A stretch of DNA of 64,000 bases from Nitrosopumilus sp. Lineage in GTDB: Archaea; Thermoproteota; Nitrososphaeria; Nitrososphaerales; Nitrosopumilaceae. Location of the stretch: the NCBI GenBank assembly GCA_965205425.1, contig CBDBGZ010000004.1, forward strand, positions 96,001 to 160,000, read 5' to 3'. This document shows positions 1-9,961 of this stretch, piece by piece; the first letter of the stretch is position 1; each line of letters begins with the position of its first letter. The notes under the pieces are model-generated. The model had not been told where the DNA came from, searched no databases, and saw only the letters and a program-made list of their open reading frames with translations. The position numbers and the translations under genes are program-made.

Positions 1-10
1 TTTAATACTC

Positions 11-1052
11 TATCTTTTCCGGAAATTATTTCACCCCTTAACTAGGAGAGCATCATTCCCATACTATCGTATGCGTGGGTATCGTGGCATACCTATGGTA
101 AAGTTAGATGAGAATAAGATCAGGTGGATTATACAATCTAAAAATGAAAAAGTCAAGAATTTAGATATTTCAGTAATCCTCAAGATAACGCCTAGAAGAG
201 TACAACAAGTCTACTCTCAGTACAAAAAAACCAAAAAGATTCCCACACTCAAAAGACCAGGGCGTCCAAAAAAGCCAGTCACTGTACACGAGATAGAGCT
301 AGTCAAACAAGTTCAAGAAAAATTTCATACAAACGCACTATACCTTGAGAAAATCATATCAAAATTGTACAATACCAAGATAAACCACAATCGCATCCAC
401 AAGATTATGCTAGATGAAGGATTATCAGTTGAGCAACCACGGAAAAAGATGAGAAGAAAGTGGATCAGGTATGAACGTGAATATTCAAATTCACTGTGGC
501 ATACTGACTGGCACACAATACATGATTCACGCTGGGCAGGAAAACAACTAATTGCATTTGAAGATGATGCCTCACGATTTATCACGGGTTTCGGAGGGTA
601 TGATGAGGCAACATCTGTGAATTCTTCTGAAGTACTATCTGATGCAATAAAGAATCACGGTAGACCAGCATCCGTACTATCTGATAATGGAAAACAGTTC
701 ACATCAAATGTCAATACTCTTGATCATAACAAGCCAGTAGACTTTGAGCAGCAACTAATGAGACATCACGTAAAGCACTCTCGTACAAGAGTGAGACATC
801 CACAAACAAATGGTAAGCTAGAAAAGTTCTGGGATATCTTTGAGTGTAAAATAGAATACTTTGAGTCAGTGGAGCAGTTTATGCATTGGTACAATCACAT
901 TAGAGTTCATGGCGCACTAGACTTGGATAATATGGAGACACCATCTGATGCGTATCACTCCAAGATGATAACAAACGAAATACTCATAGACCCAAGCATT
1001 CTATGGAGGAATTACTCATGAAAGTGACACGAAATAATTTTTGGAAAGAACA
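11..1052 (+). mobile_element. IS481-like insertion sequence, element A copy 1 (1042 bp)
   Basis: 22-bp imperfect terminal IRs tatcttttccggaaattatttc / gaaataatttttggaaagaaca; near-identical to three other copies; the visible flanks do not match (no TSD). Confidence 0.93.
71..1021 (+). CDS. IS481-family DDE transposase (probable start at ATG 95)
   Basis: N-terminal HTH, WHTD...DDASR...SDNGKQF...HPQTNGKLE integrase-core motifs. Confidence 0.93.
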   Translation: MRGYRGIPMVKLDENKIRWIIQSKNEKVKNLDISVILKITPRRVQQVYSQYKKTKKIPTLKRPGRPKKPVTVHEIELVKQVQEKFHTNALYLEKIISKLYNTKINHNRIHKIMLDEGLSVEQPRKKMRRKWIRYEREYSNSLWHTDWHTIHDSRWAGKQLIAFEDDASRFITGFGGYDEATSVNSSEVLSDAIKNHGRPASVLSDNGKQFTSNVNTLDHNKPVDFEQQLMRHHVKHSRTRVRHPQTNGKLEKFWDIFECKIEYFESVEQFMHWYNHIRVHGALDLDNMETPSDAYHSKMITNEILIDPSILWRNYS

Positions 1053-1104
1053 ATGACTCTAACTTTGCACCGTAAATATTAAGGGCAAATTATCCAAAAG
1101 AAGA

Positions 1105-1614
1105 GTGTCTGAAGAATCAAGTATCACTATGGTTACAGAAACATACTTGATTGAAACCAATAAAAAAATTCTAGAAAGACACAGGAGATTAACTGGCAAA
1201 CAGGTGTGGATTGGCACAACACGTACCATTGACGCTGTAATTCCACATGTAGATAGTATTGGAAATTCAGGAAATAAAATAGAAGATTTGATTGAAAAAG
1301 CAGTTCATTTAATGTGTAAAATTGTTTGGGAACAACCTTTTGAGGATGGTAATAGAAGAACTGGAATAATTTCTGGTTCTATAAAGTACATTATGTTCAA
1401 CAATAACTCAAATGCCAATATGATTAATTCAGGTAGTTGTGCTTGGCATCAAAATGATAATATCGAATATGTGTCAAATCATGAGTTTGGCCATTATGCT
1501 GGAATGATACATCAAAGTGGTAGCACTAGCCATACAATGATGCATTCTGCATGTGATGTTGGATATGCTGTGATTAGATCTGGGGATATAACCCAAATCA
1601 ATGGATGGTATTAA
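1105..1614 (+). CDS. Chimeric ORF: Fic/Doc-like N-terminal part fused to a matrixin-type zinc-protease C-terminus (possible pseudogene)
   Basis: QPFEDGNRRT Fic-like motif followed by HEFGHYAGMIH zinc motif and a Met-turn (HTMM). Confidence 0.6.
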   Translation: MSEESSITMVTETYLIETNKKILERHRRLTGKQVWIGTTRTIDAVIPHVDSIGNSGNKIEDLIEKAVHLMCKIVWEQPFEDGNRRTGIISGSIKYIMFNNNSNANMINSGSCAWHQNDNIEYVSNHEFGHYAGMIHQSGSTSHTMMHSACDVGYAVIRSGDITQINGWY

Positions 1615-1616
1615 TT

Positions 1617-2255
1617 ATGAATCGAAAAATTACCTCAATTTTTGCCACAGTGGCAATATCTGCATTAAGTGGAGTGTTGATGACAACTGTTTTTGAAGAA
1701 GAACCTATTTCTCAACAACAAACAGAAATGCACTATATTCCATCGGATATGGGAAAATATTTTCCAGACTATGAATTGAGTTATTCTGAGGCAACATATG
1801 GTTCTATAGATATGAAACATTTGAACAAAGATGTAATACATACTGTTAAAGGAACTGTAGTTGACATCAGCGATATACAATATTGGGATGGCATAAATCC
1901 AAATGATGAAGCATTTGATAATGTTGATCTTGAAACAATCAAGGTAGAAGTCGATATTAAAGTGCAGACTGTTGCTAAATCTAAAACAGATCTTGCAAAA
2001 GGTGACATTATTACAATAACTCTTACGGGATTCAAATCAGGAAATCAGATCTGGTTTAACAGTAATGATCAATATGAAATTGGCGAGGTAGTTATTGTTC
2101 ACTTGGGTGAAGATCCAAATGATATTGTTGGTGAAGATATCAAATTCTCAATCGCAGGAGAACATACAAAATACACAGTACAAAATGGCAAGGCCTATAA
2201 TCATGACAATGGTAAAGGCAAACATGTCAAAGAAATATTAGATCAAGGCCTATAA
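1617..2255 (+). CDS. Secreted or membrane-anchored hypothetical protein, C-terminus altered by a local duplication
   Basis: N-terminal hydrophobic segment; the stop lies inside the second copy of a 39-bp direct repeat. Confidence 0.75.
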   Translation: MNRKITSIFATVAISALSGVLMTTVFEEEPISQQQTEMHYIPSDMGKYFPDYELSYSEATYGSIDMKHLNKDVIHTVKGTVVDISDIQYWDGINPNDEAFDNVDLETIKVEVDIKVQTVAKSKTDLAKGDIITITLTGFKSGNQIWFNSNDQYEIGEVVIVHLGEDPNDIVGEDIKFSIAGEHTKYTVQNGKAYNHDNGKGKHVKEILDQGL

Positions 2256-2282
2256 TCATGACAATGGTAAAGGCAAACATGT
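2189..2282. repeat. 39-bp direct repeat (2189-2227 and 2244-2282)
   Basis: caaggcctataatcatgacaatggtaaaggcaaacatgt occurs twice, 16 bp apart. Confidence 0.95.
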
Positions 2283-2329
2283 TGTATCCCAAAATCAGTT
2301 CGTCCCTTATTTGATATCGTATTCTTCTC
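2280..2329 (-). mobile_element. Isolated right end (about 50 bp) of IS481-like element B
   Basis: tgttgtatcccaaaatcagttcgtcccttatttgatatcgtattcttctc matches 54798-54847 with two substitutions. Confidence 0.9.
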
Positions 2330-2978
2330 GTAACCATAACCATATGTGCCAAAATCAGCTAGGAAATTAGATGGTACTTGCATTCGTATCAAGAAAGTAA
2401 GAAATGCAAACAAACACACTACCATTCCTGAAAAAAAATATTTGATGTTTGTAGGATTGGATGTTCACAAGAACTCTGTACAGGTGGCAGCAGTAGATGA
2501 GATTGGCAAATTATTATTTAACAAAAAGATTTCCAGTGATTTTTCTGCTATTAGCAAAATTACATCCAAAATTCCAAAGAACGCAAAATATGTTTTAGAG
2601 TCATCATCTGTCTGGTATGGCCTTTATAGACACATGACAGACAAATTACATCTTGATGTTATACTATCTAATCCATACAACACAAAGATAATAGCATCAT
2701 CACTCAAAAAGACTGATAAAATTGATGCGTACCATCTTGCAAATTTGCTACGAGGAGGATACATTGCAGAATCATTTGTGCCAGATCACACAATTGTGCA
2801 ATACAGACAGCTTGTAAGACATCGACACAAGATTGTGCGCATCATTGTAAAGATGAAGAATTCCATACATGGTATTACACTACAGGAGGGAATCCATATC
2901 AAAGCAACACCATTTTCCTCAGAACACATACGTGCACTTGGAAAATTGGAGAGTTATAGAATAGATTCGTACCTATAG
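2330..2978 (+). pseudogene. Truncated IS110-family element (non-coding left end plus N-terminal DEDD recombinase domain from ATG 2445)
   Basis: FVGLDVHK, LESS and KTDKIDA motifs; the ORF stops before the C-terminal domain. Confidence 0.88.
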
Positions 2979-3281
2979 CGAAAAGATAAAGTTCGTGAAC
3001 TAAAAATCATCAAAAAACTAGAGATTAGATGATTTTACCTAAGGTAAATACGAATAAACAATCTGAAACACCTTGAAAATAGTTCATGAACATATGCTTC
3101 TCGCTATATCAGAACTTAGTTTTCTTTCTGATTTACACATGGATAGATCCTTTATCTTTTGATAGACTACTGCATTTCGCATGACTGCTTAATCACATTT
3201 TGATAAATAAACATGACTAAAACCATTTAGTAAATTCTCCTTTAGCATGATTCTCTTAAAGCATGAATTGAATTGATTCTC

Positions 3282-3623
3282 ATGGTTAAACCCACTATTG
3301 AATTGCCTATTTCAAAAAAACCCACTGATGCTGAATTAAAAAAACTAAAAGATTATTTCAAAGAAATGCCTGTAACTGAAATTCTTACTGGTCTGAAATT
3401 TGCAAAAAATAGATGGTCTGCAAAAGATGCTGGCACTCTCAAGGTAGGACGGAAAAGCATAATTCAGAAAGAAGTTCATTCTGTTACCACTGAACAAGCT
3501 CAGTGGAGATTAAAAAATTGGAAGATGATGATTGCTAATTATCGTAGACGTGGGTATAGTTATCCTACAATATCTAGAATAAAGAAAATTTTGGTTCAAA
3601 AAAGTAAAAAGAAATCAAAATGA
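3282..3623 (+). CDS. Hypothetical basic protein
   Basis: Clean ORF with host-like codon usage. Confidence 0.75.
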   Translation: MVKPTIELPISKKPTDAELKKLKDYFKEMPVTEILTGLKFAKNRWSAKDAGTLKVGRKSIIQKEVHSVTTEQAQWRLKNWKMMIANYRRRGYSYPTISRIKKILVQKSKKKSK

Positions 3624-3980
3624 TTCATTAAAACTTTGATTCCATTTCTTTGACCACCTTCTAATCAAATAAACTGCAATGGCATAAGCTATTGCATGAT
3701 GGATAATCATACTTGCAATAGATAGTTCGGGATTGCTTCCTAATATTGCATAATTCCAATCAAATCCACTTATTTCTGAATATACTTTTTCATTGTATAT
3801 CGATGTTTCATCAATCGGATTGATAAATAATTGAATGATTGTTGATACTGTTGCATATCCAATAAAGATTAGAAGATACCATCTTAATCTTTTAACGCGG
3901 TACGATGCAATAATATCCATTATGGGGATAAAGCAAAAAATTGTTTGCCATGATAAACTAACAGGTCCTTTAGCAGGCAC
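3615..3980 (-). CDS. Hypothetical membrane protein
   Basis: Several hydrophobic segments. Confidence 0.75.
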   Translation of the reverse strand: MPAKGPVSLSWQTIFCFIPIMDIIASYRVKRLRWYLLIFIGYATVSTIIQLFINPIDETSIYNEKVYSEISGFDWNYAILGSNPELSIASMIIHHAIAYAIAVYLIRRWSKKWNQSFNESF

Positions 3981-4044
3981 GACATCATGAAATTATGATT
4001 GTTATTTAGTATTACTAATGATTTCTTTTAAAAATAAAAATAGG

Positions 4045-5043
4045 TTATTGGGTCCATCCCCAACTAACTAATTTTTGAACACTAGATGGTTTAACACAAG
4101 CTGGTTCTCCAGAATGTTTGAAAATCAATTCCATAGATGGTTTACATTGAACATCTTTTGCTTCAACCCCTTTGTTGATTTGTTTTAATGGAGCTAAAGA
4201 CGTTTCATCTGTTTCCTCAGTTTCTATATGTGGTATTTCATCTGTCTTATCTGAATTATTGGTATCCATGGATAAAGTCTCATCTAATTCCACAACTATT
4301 GGTGAATCGCTTCCAAAAACTTCTTCCATATGTTTTGATTCGGCAGATTCAATTCCACTTAAAATTTTAAATTCTTCAATGATTGCATCAACTAGAAGTG
4401 TAACCTCTGATGGATTTGCTCTTTGATCATATGCAAACCAAATTTCTCCATAAGTGTCATCCACGTCACCTGAACTTTCAATATCATTTCTTACTTCTTC
4501 AAAGATTTGCTGTGATCTCCAAATGAATGCTGAACCATCTTGAAATTCTGCCATTTCAACAATATCTCCATCCTCAATTGCTTCTTTGTATTCAACTTTG
4601 GATGTTTCAAGTAAACCGTTGATTAATTGTGCTTTAAATGATGAATCATTACTAAGTTCATCTCCAACCACAATATCTCTTGCTTCTTGAATGATCTCTT
4701 TTGCATCCTCAATTGCTGATTGTGCGTCACTTCTAGTGACCTTTGTACTTGCTTTATCCTTTAATTCAAACAAAGTTTGTTCTAATTTTGCTTTGAATTC
4801 GAGATTATCATCTAAATGAATACTCAGGGTATCAAATAATTCCGCAATTGGGTGTGTTGCATGAATTAATGCTAATTCAGAATTATTTTCATCAAGATTC
4901 ATCTCTAATGCCCAAAAATGTCCTAGAGTTTCTTCAAGTGTTCCTGCAAATTCTAATTTTAAATCTCTATCCGAATCTGCAAAAGCTATTGGTGAACTTC
5001 CTAGTACAATTATGGATAAAATCCCTAATGCAATTTTGTTCAT
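4045..5043 (-). CDS. Secreted acidic helical protein with a thaumarchaeal C-terminal C..PACVKP domain
   Basis: Signal peptide; His/Glu-rich helices; PLKQ...CK...PACVKP...GW tail. Confidence 0.8.
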   Translation of the reverse strand: MNKIALGILSIIVLGSSPIAFADSDRDLKLEFAGTLEETLGHFWALEMNLDENNSELALIHATHPIAELFDTLSIHLDDNLEFKAKLEQTLFELKDKASTKVTRSDAQSAIEDAKEIIQEARDIVVGDELSNDSSFKAQLINGLLETSKVEYKEAIEDGDIVEMAEFQDGSAFIWRSQQIFEEVRNDIESSGDVDDTYGEIWFAYDQRANPSEVTLLVDAIIEEFKILSGIESAESKHMEEVFGSDSPIVVELDETLSMDTNNSDKTDEIPHIETEETDETSLAPLKQINKGVEAKDVQCKPSMELIFKHSGEPACVKPSSVQKLVSWGWTQ

Positions 5044-5132
5044 ATTCTTAAAAAATATTACATTGTTTAAAGTGTTTCTTTATTGAAATTGTAATCTATA
5101 TTCTTATTCTATAGATTGAGAATTTAATTTTT

Positions 5133-6041
5133 GGTGATTATCAATTATTCACCACCAACATATAATCAAGCAATAATGAGAAAGTATCTTCCATCTCTGT
5201 TGTTACATCTCCATTCCATCTCTTTGATGTACAACAAGAATTTACCTGGACTGACACCATGATGCTTTGCCATGTTCTCTTTTGCAAAACTCCAAAACCC
5301 TTCGATTCCATTTATGTACACATCATCTTTGCCAAACATCTTGCTGTGGTCTATTGAGAGATGCTTGTAGCCATTGAAAACTAGTGAATTGTATCCTCTC
5401 CACTTGTCCGTATACACAATGCTTCCTTTCTTTACTTTCTTGATAGTACTTGTAAGAAGTGTCTTGGCCTTTACGTTCTTTACAATCTCAACATGAACTT
5501 TTCCATTTCTCTCTAAAATTCTAAATACAATAGTTTTGTTTTTAGATCCTCTGCCACGATTTCCCTTTCTTTTTCCTCCAAAATAGTACCTCGTCAGCCT
5601 CAATCTGACCCTTTAGAACATCATCTGTTTTGGATTGTTCTTCAAGTATTGAGAATCTCATGATGTCAAAAGAATGCAGTGCGGTAGGATAACTAACACC
5701 AACTTCTTTTGCTGCACGTCTTGCACTAATCCCAAGATCAAATAGTTTGATTAGAACCAACCATTTTGGATAATCAATATTGATGATGCCAAACTGTGTA
5801 TCTGAGAATGGTTTGTAGTTTGTCTTACATTTACTGCATCTCAAATTCCCTCTGCTCATCAGATAATATTTTGGAGAATCACACTTGGGACAACATACAG
5901 AACTTGTACTGTTGAATCTTTTACACAGAAATTTTAATGATGTTGATTTATCTGAAACTATTTTGGATAGCTCAATGATATTGATAGTTTTTTCCAATAA
6001 TTACATAAAATTAGTTTGGGGGTAATAGGTTTACAATCACC
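5133..6041 (-). mobile_element. IS1595-family element copy 1 with frameshifted transposase (ORFs 5542-5997 and 5166-5603)
   Basis: Terminal IRs ggtgatt...aatcacc; zinc ribbon, EADE, YTD and INGIEGFWS motifs; no TSD. Confidence 0.92.
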
Positions 6042-6124
6042 CAAATTTATTATAAAAGTAATTGTAACACAATATTCATAAAAATAATCATAATATTTTT
6101 AACTAAAATAATTATATTTTTTGC

Positions 6125-6229
6125 ATGAACAAACGTTTTGGTATGATCATAACTGCTTTGGGAACCATAGTTACTTTTGCTGTGATAATTGGCTCACCTA
6201 CACTTGGTGGCTTTGATGCTATGAGGTAA
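6125..6229 (+). CDS. Small single-TM peptide (34 aa)
   Basis: MNKRFGMIITALGTIVTFAVIIGSPTLGGFDAMR; below the ORF-track cutoff. Confidence 0.5.
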   Translation: MNKRFGMIITALGTIVTFAVIIGSPTLGGFDAMR

Positions 6230-6256
6230 TTAATACCATAAATTTTGGAATGAGAA

Positions 6257-7540
6257 ATGGGAATTAGAATAGTAATTTTTATTCTGTTCATAGTACCCGC
6301 TAATTTGATATTATTGTCGTTAATTCCCGCATCATACGCTCAAGAATATCCAGAATTTGGAATAAAAATAGAAGTTGTTGCAGATAATCTAACTATTCCT
6401 TGGAGTATAGATTGGTTACCAGATGGAACAACACTATTTACTGAAAGGAATGGCCATCTCAGAATTATTCAACATGGAATATTGTTAGAAGAACCTCTTC
6501 TATCATTAGGTGTTGGTGGAGTTGAAGGAGGAATGTTAGGAATTACAGTTGATCCAAACTATTCTGAAAACAATTACATTTACTTGTATTACACATACAA
6601 TGAACTACTATCAACATACAACAAACTTGTACGCTATCAATTAACTGAAGATGTTTTAGTTGAAAATAAAATACTATTAGATAAAATTCCAGGAGGACCA
6701 TTTCATGATGGAGGAAGAATTCAATTTGGTCCAGATGGTAAACTATACGTTACAACAGGGGAAGCAGGGTTACCAAACTTATCACAAGATTTGAATTCAT
6801 TGGGAGGGAAAATATTAAGAATCAATTCAGACGGAACAATACCTAACGATAACCCGTGGAAAAATTCTCCAATTTACTCCATAGGACATAGGAATCCACA
6901 AGGTATTGATTGGGATGATTCAGGAAATTTGTTTGCAACTGAACATGGGCCATCAGGTTTGAGAGGAGTTGCTCATGATGAAGTAAATAGAATAATTGCA
7001 GGTGCAAACTACGGTTGGCCAGACATCATAGGAGATGAAGAAAAAGAAAATCTACTAAATCCCATTTTACATTCAGGTGATGATACTTGGGCCCCTTCAG
7101 GAGCTGAATTCTATGAAAGCAATAAAATTCCTCAATGGGAAGGAAAATATTTTGTTGCCACATTACGCGGAAGTCACTTACATATGATTGAATTTGATTT
7201 AGAAAATAATTCAATAAACTCTCACGAGAAATTATTCCAAAATGAATTTGGAAGATTAAGAGATGTGCAAACAGGTCCAGATGGATTTTTGTATATTCTC
7301 ACTAGTAATCAAGATGGTAGAGGAACTCCAAAAGTAAATGATGATAAAATACTAAGGATCATGCCCATAGATTACAAGATACCGTCCAAGTATTATACAC
7401 TAAATGATCCGAACCCAATAGATTTTAGAGAACCTAGAGGTCATGTAGGTGAACTTTATGTATTTGCAGGAATAGGTTTGGTAGGACTGATAATTGGTTT
7501 TATTATAATTAAAAAACTAAAAAATAGAAACAAGCAATAG
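6257..7540 (+). CDS. PQQ-dependent glucose/sorbosone dehydrogenase family protein, membrane-anchored
   Basis: HDGGRIQFGPDGKLYVTTG, GHRNPQG and GRLRDV motifs. Confidence 0.92.
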   Translation: MGIRIVIFILFIVPANLILLSLIPASYAQEYPEFGIKIEVVADNLTIPWSIDWLPDGTTLFTERNGHLRIIQHGILLEEPLLSLGVGGVEGGMLGITVDPNYSENNYIYLYYTYNELLSTYNKLVRYQLTEDVLVENKILLDKIPGGPFHDGGRIQFGPDGKLYVTTGEAGLPNLSQDLNSLGGKILRINSDGTIPNDNPWKNSPIYSIGHRNPQGIDWDDSGNLFATEHGPSGLRGVAHDEVNRIIAGANYGWPDIIGDEEKENLLNPILHSGDDTWAPSGAEFYESNKIPQWEGKYFVATLRGSHLHMIEFDLENNSINSHEKLFQNEFGRLRDVQTGPDGFLYILTSNQDGRGTPKVNDDKILRIMPIDYKIPSKYYTLNDPNPIDFREPRGHVGELYVFAGIGLVGLIIGFIIIKKLKNRNKQ

Positions 7541-7557
7541 ACATTTCAAGAATATTT

Positions 7558-7677
7558 TTAACAATTAATTGGAATGTTTGAATTTTTACATAGAGTATTA
7601 TACATACCAAATCCAATTATGATTGCAGCAAAAGTTGCTAAAGGGACTAGAAGGAAAAAATTTGTTTTACGACCCAT
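7558..7677 (-). CDS. Small single-TM peptide (39 aa)
   Basis: MGRKTNFFLLVPLATFAAIIIGFGMYNTLCKNSNIPINC. Confidence 0.55.
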   Translation of the reverse strand: MGRKTNFFLLVPLATFAAIIIGFGMYNTLCKNSNIPINC

Positions 7678-7716
7678 GAATAAAATTAAAACATGGCCTA
7701 TAAAATTGTCACAGTA

Positions 7717-8136
7717 TTATTCAACAGTAATAGTAAATATACCACGAGTTTTTGGATCTTGTAATTGTTTCACCATACTTCTAGGTAGCAAATCTGAAGC
7801 TTTGTCACATTTTACTGCTAATGTGCGTGGACAGATAAAATTACTTTTTCTAATTACAATATCTTCAGTATGAGTTAGAATAAGATCAGGATGACCTTTA
7901 CCTTCCAATACAAAGTCTTCGGCTCCCACTTTAATTGAAAATGTAACTTTAGAATCAGGGGTTCTAAGTTTGTTTTTTAATTCTTCAGATAAATCAGCAC
8001 AGCTAGATTTTGCATTTACGCCAACTATACAATCACCTCTAGGAGTCAAATGAGATTCTTTGGTAATCTCAATAGTTTTTTGATGATTAGACCGAATATT
8101 CTCATGACCTGAAAATTTTATTTCAAACTTCATCAA
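7717..8136 (-). CDS. DUF371 family protein
   Basis: GHENIRSNH..TIEITKE.HLTPRGDCIVGV signature. Confidence 0.88.
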   Translation of the reverse strand: MMKFEIKFSGHENIRSNHQKTIEITKESHLTPRGDCIVGVNAKSSCADLSEELKNKLRTPDSKVTFSIKVGAEDFVLEGKGHPDLILTHTEDIVIRKSNFICPRTLAVKCDKASDLLPRSMVKQLQDPKTRGIFTITVE

Positions 8137-8267
8137 TCCATCATAAATCCAGTTTCAAATTAAGGTTTGATAAACAAAATTCTAAAGTATGTAGGCTCCG
8201 ATCAAACTATAATTCACTCTCAATTATGGGCATGGTTTAAATTGTATAATCAAAGCATTGCAATCAA

Positions 8268-9005
8268 ATGCTTCCTGCACAACAAGGTTACGATAGAGCA
8301 ATTACAGTATTCTCACCAGATGGTAGACTATACCAAGTAGAATATGCAATTGAAACTGTAAGAAGAGGAACCGTAGCAGTGGGAGTAAAATGTAAAGAAG
8401 GTATTGTTATTGCAGTTGAAGAGAAACCAAGAAAATTACAGATTTCCGAAACAGCACAAAAAATATTCCAGATTGATGAGCATGTAGGAGTAGCTGCTGC
8501 AGGATACATTCCAGATGCAAGAAGTCAAGTTGACAATGCAAGATTCTTTTCTCAAAGTAACAAAATGATTTATGATGAACCAGTTGAAGTTGAAACAATT
8601 GCTAAACATTTAGCAGATCAATGTCAACAATATACACAATATGCAGGTGTGAGACCTTATGGTGTTGCATTAATTCTTGGCGGAGTTGTAAATGGTAAAC
8701 CGGAATTATATCTAACCGATCCTAGTGGAACATACATCTCTTATGATGCAATAGCAATTGGTTCTGGTTCAGATACGGTAACTGACTTTTTAGAAAAAAC
8801 ATACAAAGAAGATCTATCACTTGATGACGCTGCAACATTAGCATCTGCAGGAATATATCTTTCAAGTGAAGACAAAGAAGGAACAAGTCACATCAGGATG
8901 GCATACATTAAGAAAGAAAGTGGATTGTATGAATTAGTTACAGATGAACAGATTACAAAATATGCAAATGCTGCTAAAGAAAAATACCCACACGAGCAAA
9001 AATAA
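8268..9005 (+). CDS. psmA: Proteasome subunit alpha
   Basis: YDRAITVFSPDGRLYQVEYA signature. Confidence 0.98.
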   Translation: MLPAQQGYDRAITVFSPDGRLYQVEYAIETVRRGTVAVGVKCKEGIVIAVEEKPRKLQISETAQKIFQIDEHVGVAAAGYIPDARSQVDNARFFSQSNKMIYDEPVEVETIAKHLADQCQQYTQYAGVRPYGVALILGGVVNGKPELYLTDPSGTYISYDAIAIGSGSDTVTDFLEKTYKEDLSLDDAATLASAGIYLSSEDKEGTSHIRMAYIKKESGLYELVTDEQITKYANAAKEKYPHEQK

Positions 9006-9036
9006 TTATTTAAAGTGCCTGTGAGATTAAATTACA

Positions 9037-9843
9037 TTGAAAATATCTGTTGCAATCCCTGAGTCTTCGTTATCAGATGAATCACTAAAAATTGACAAAA
9101 CTAGGAAAATTTCAGTTCTAGCAAGAGCTTGTGCAATTTTTAAAATTGATACAATCTACGTATATCAAGAAGGAGGTAAAAAAACAGACCCAGGATTAAT
9201 GGTGATGATTCTAAAATATTTGGAGACACCACAATTCCTTAGAAGAAGGTTATTTCCAAAGATGAATGATTTAAAATTTGCAGGAGTATTACATCCATTA
9301 AGAATTCCAAGCCATGTAACACCTGTAAACTCAAAAAAAATCAAAGCAGGAGACATCAGAGAAGGCATCGTAGTAAGTTCAAAGGGGAAAAAATTTGTAG
9401 ATGTAGGAATAAACCAATTAATTCAATATTATGGAAATGCTTCAACTGGAAAAAGAGTTACAATAAGATTCAAAGAGGGATATCCTAAATTATCAATTAA
9501 AGATATTGAAAAAAATGAGGTTCCAAGCTATTGGGGATATTCGGTTAAAGAAAGAGCAAATTTGTTTTCAATATTATCAGAATGGAAAGGAAACATCATC
9601 ATAACTTCAAGGAAAGGAAAACCAGTAACAAATGAAACATTATCAAAGTATACAAAATCAAGTGAATCAACACTAGTTGTATTTGGATCACCTGAAAAAG
9701 GAGTTCATGAAATCATTGGTGGAAGAATGAATAAGGTTCAGAATGCAAAATCACTAAACTTTTTCCCAAATCAAGCTACTGAAACGGTACGTCTAGAAGA
9801 AGCATTGTTAGGAACTTTGGCAATAATTAATGCTCAAAGTTAG
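9037..9843 (+). CDS. SPOUT-family RNA methyltransferase (DUF171)
   Basis: YLETPQFLR, VVFGSP and PNQATETVRLEEA motifs; position upstream of rpl3. Confidence 0.9.
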   Translation: MKISVAIPESSLSDESLKIDKTRKISVLARACAIFKIDTIYVYQEGGKKTDPGLMVMILKYLETPQFLRRRLFPKMNDLKFAGVLHPLRIPSHVTPVNSKKIKAGDIREGIVVSSKGKKFVDVGINQLIQYYGNASTGKRVTIRFKEGYPKLSIKDIEKNEVPSYWGYSVKERANLFSILSEWKGNIIITSRKGKPVTNETLSKYTKSSESTLVVFGSPEKGVHEIIGGRMNKVQNAKSLNFFPNQATETVRLEEALLGTLAIINAQS

Positions 9844-9844
9844 A

Positions 9845-9961
9845 ATGAATATGGCTGAAAGGAAAAATTTTTTGTTGTTGGCTATCGGTTTAGGAGTAGT
9901 TGGGATCATAATTGGAGGATATACAATTTGGAACTCGGCCTCAGAGTTATTTTTACCGTGA
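9845..9961 (+). CDS. Small single-TM peptide (38 aa)
   Basis: MNMAERKNFLLLAIGLGVVGIIIGGYTIWNSASELFLP. Confidence 0.55.
   Translation: MNMAERKNFLLLAIGLGVVGIIIGGYTIWNSASELFLP

Noticed and set aside
325..585. 86-aa antisense ORF repeated in each IS481 copy
   Set aside because: Shadow of the transposase; its recurrence only reflects near-identical copies
2189..2282. 39-bp direct repeat read as a CRISPR unit
   Set aside because: The 16-bp spacer is too short and is simply the in-frame continuation of the ORF; this is a local duplication
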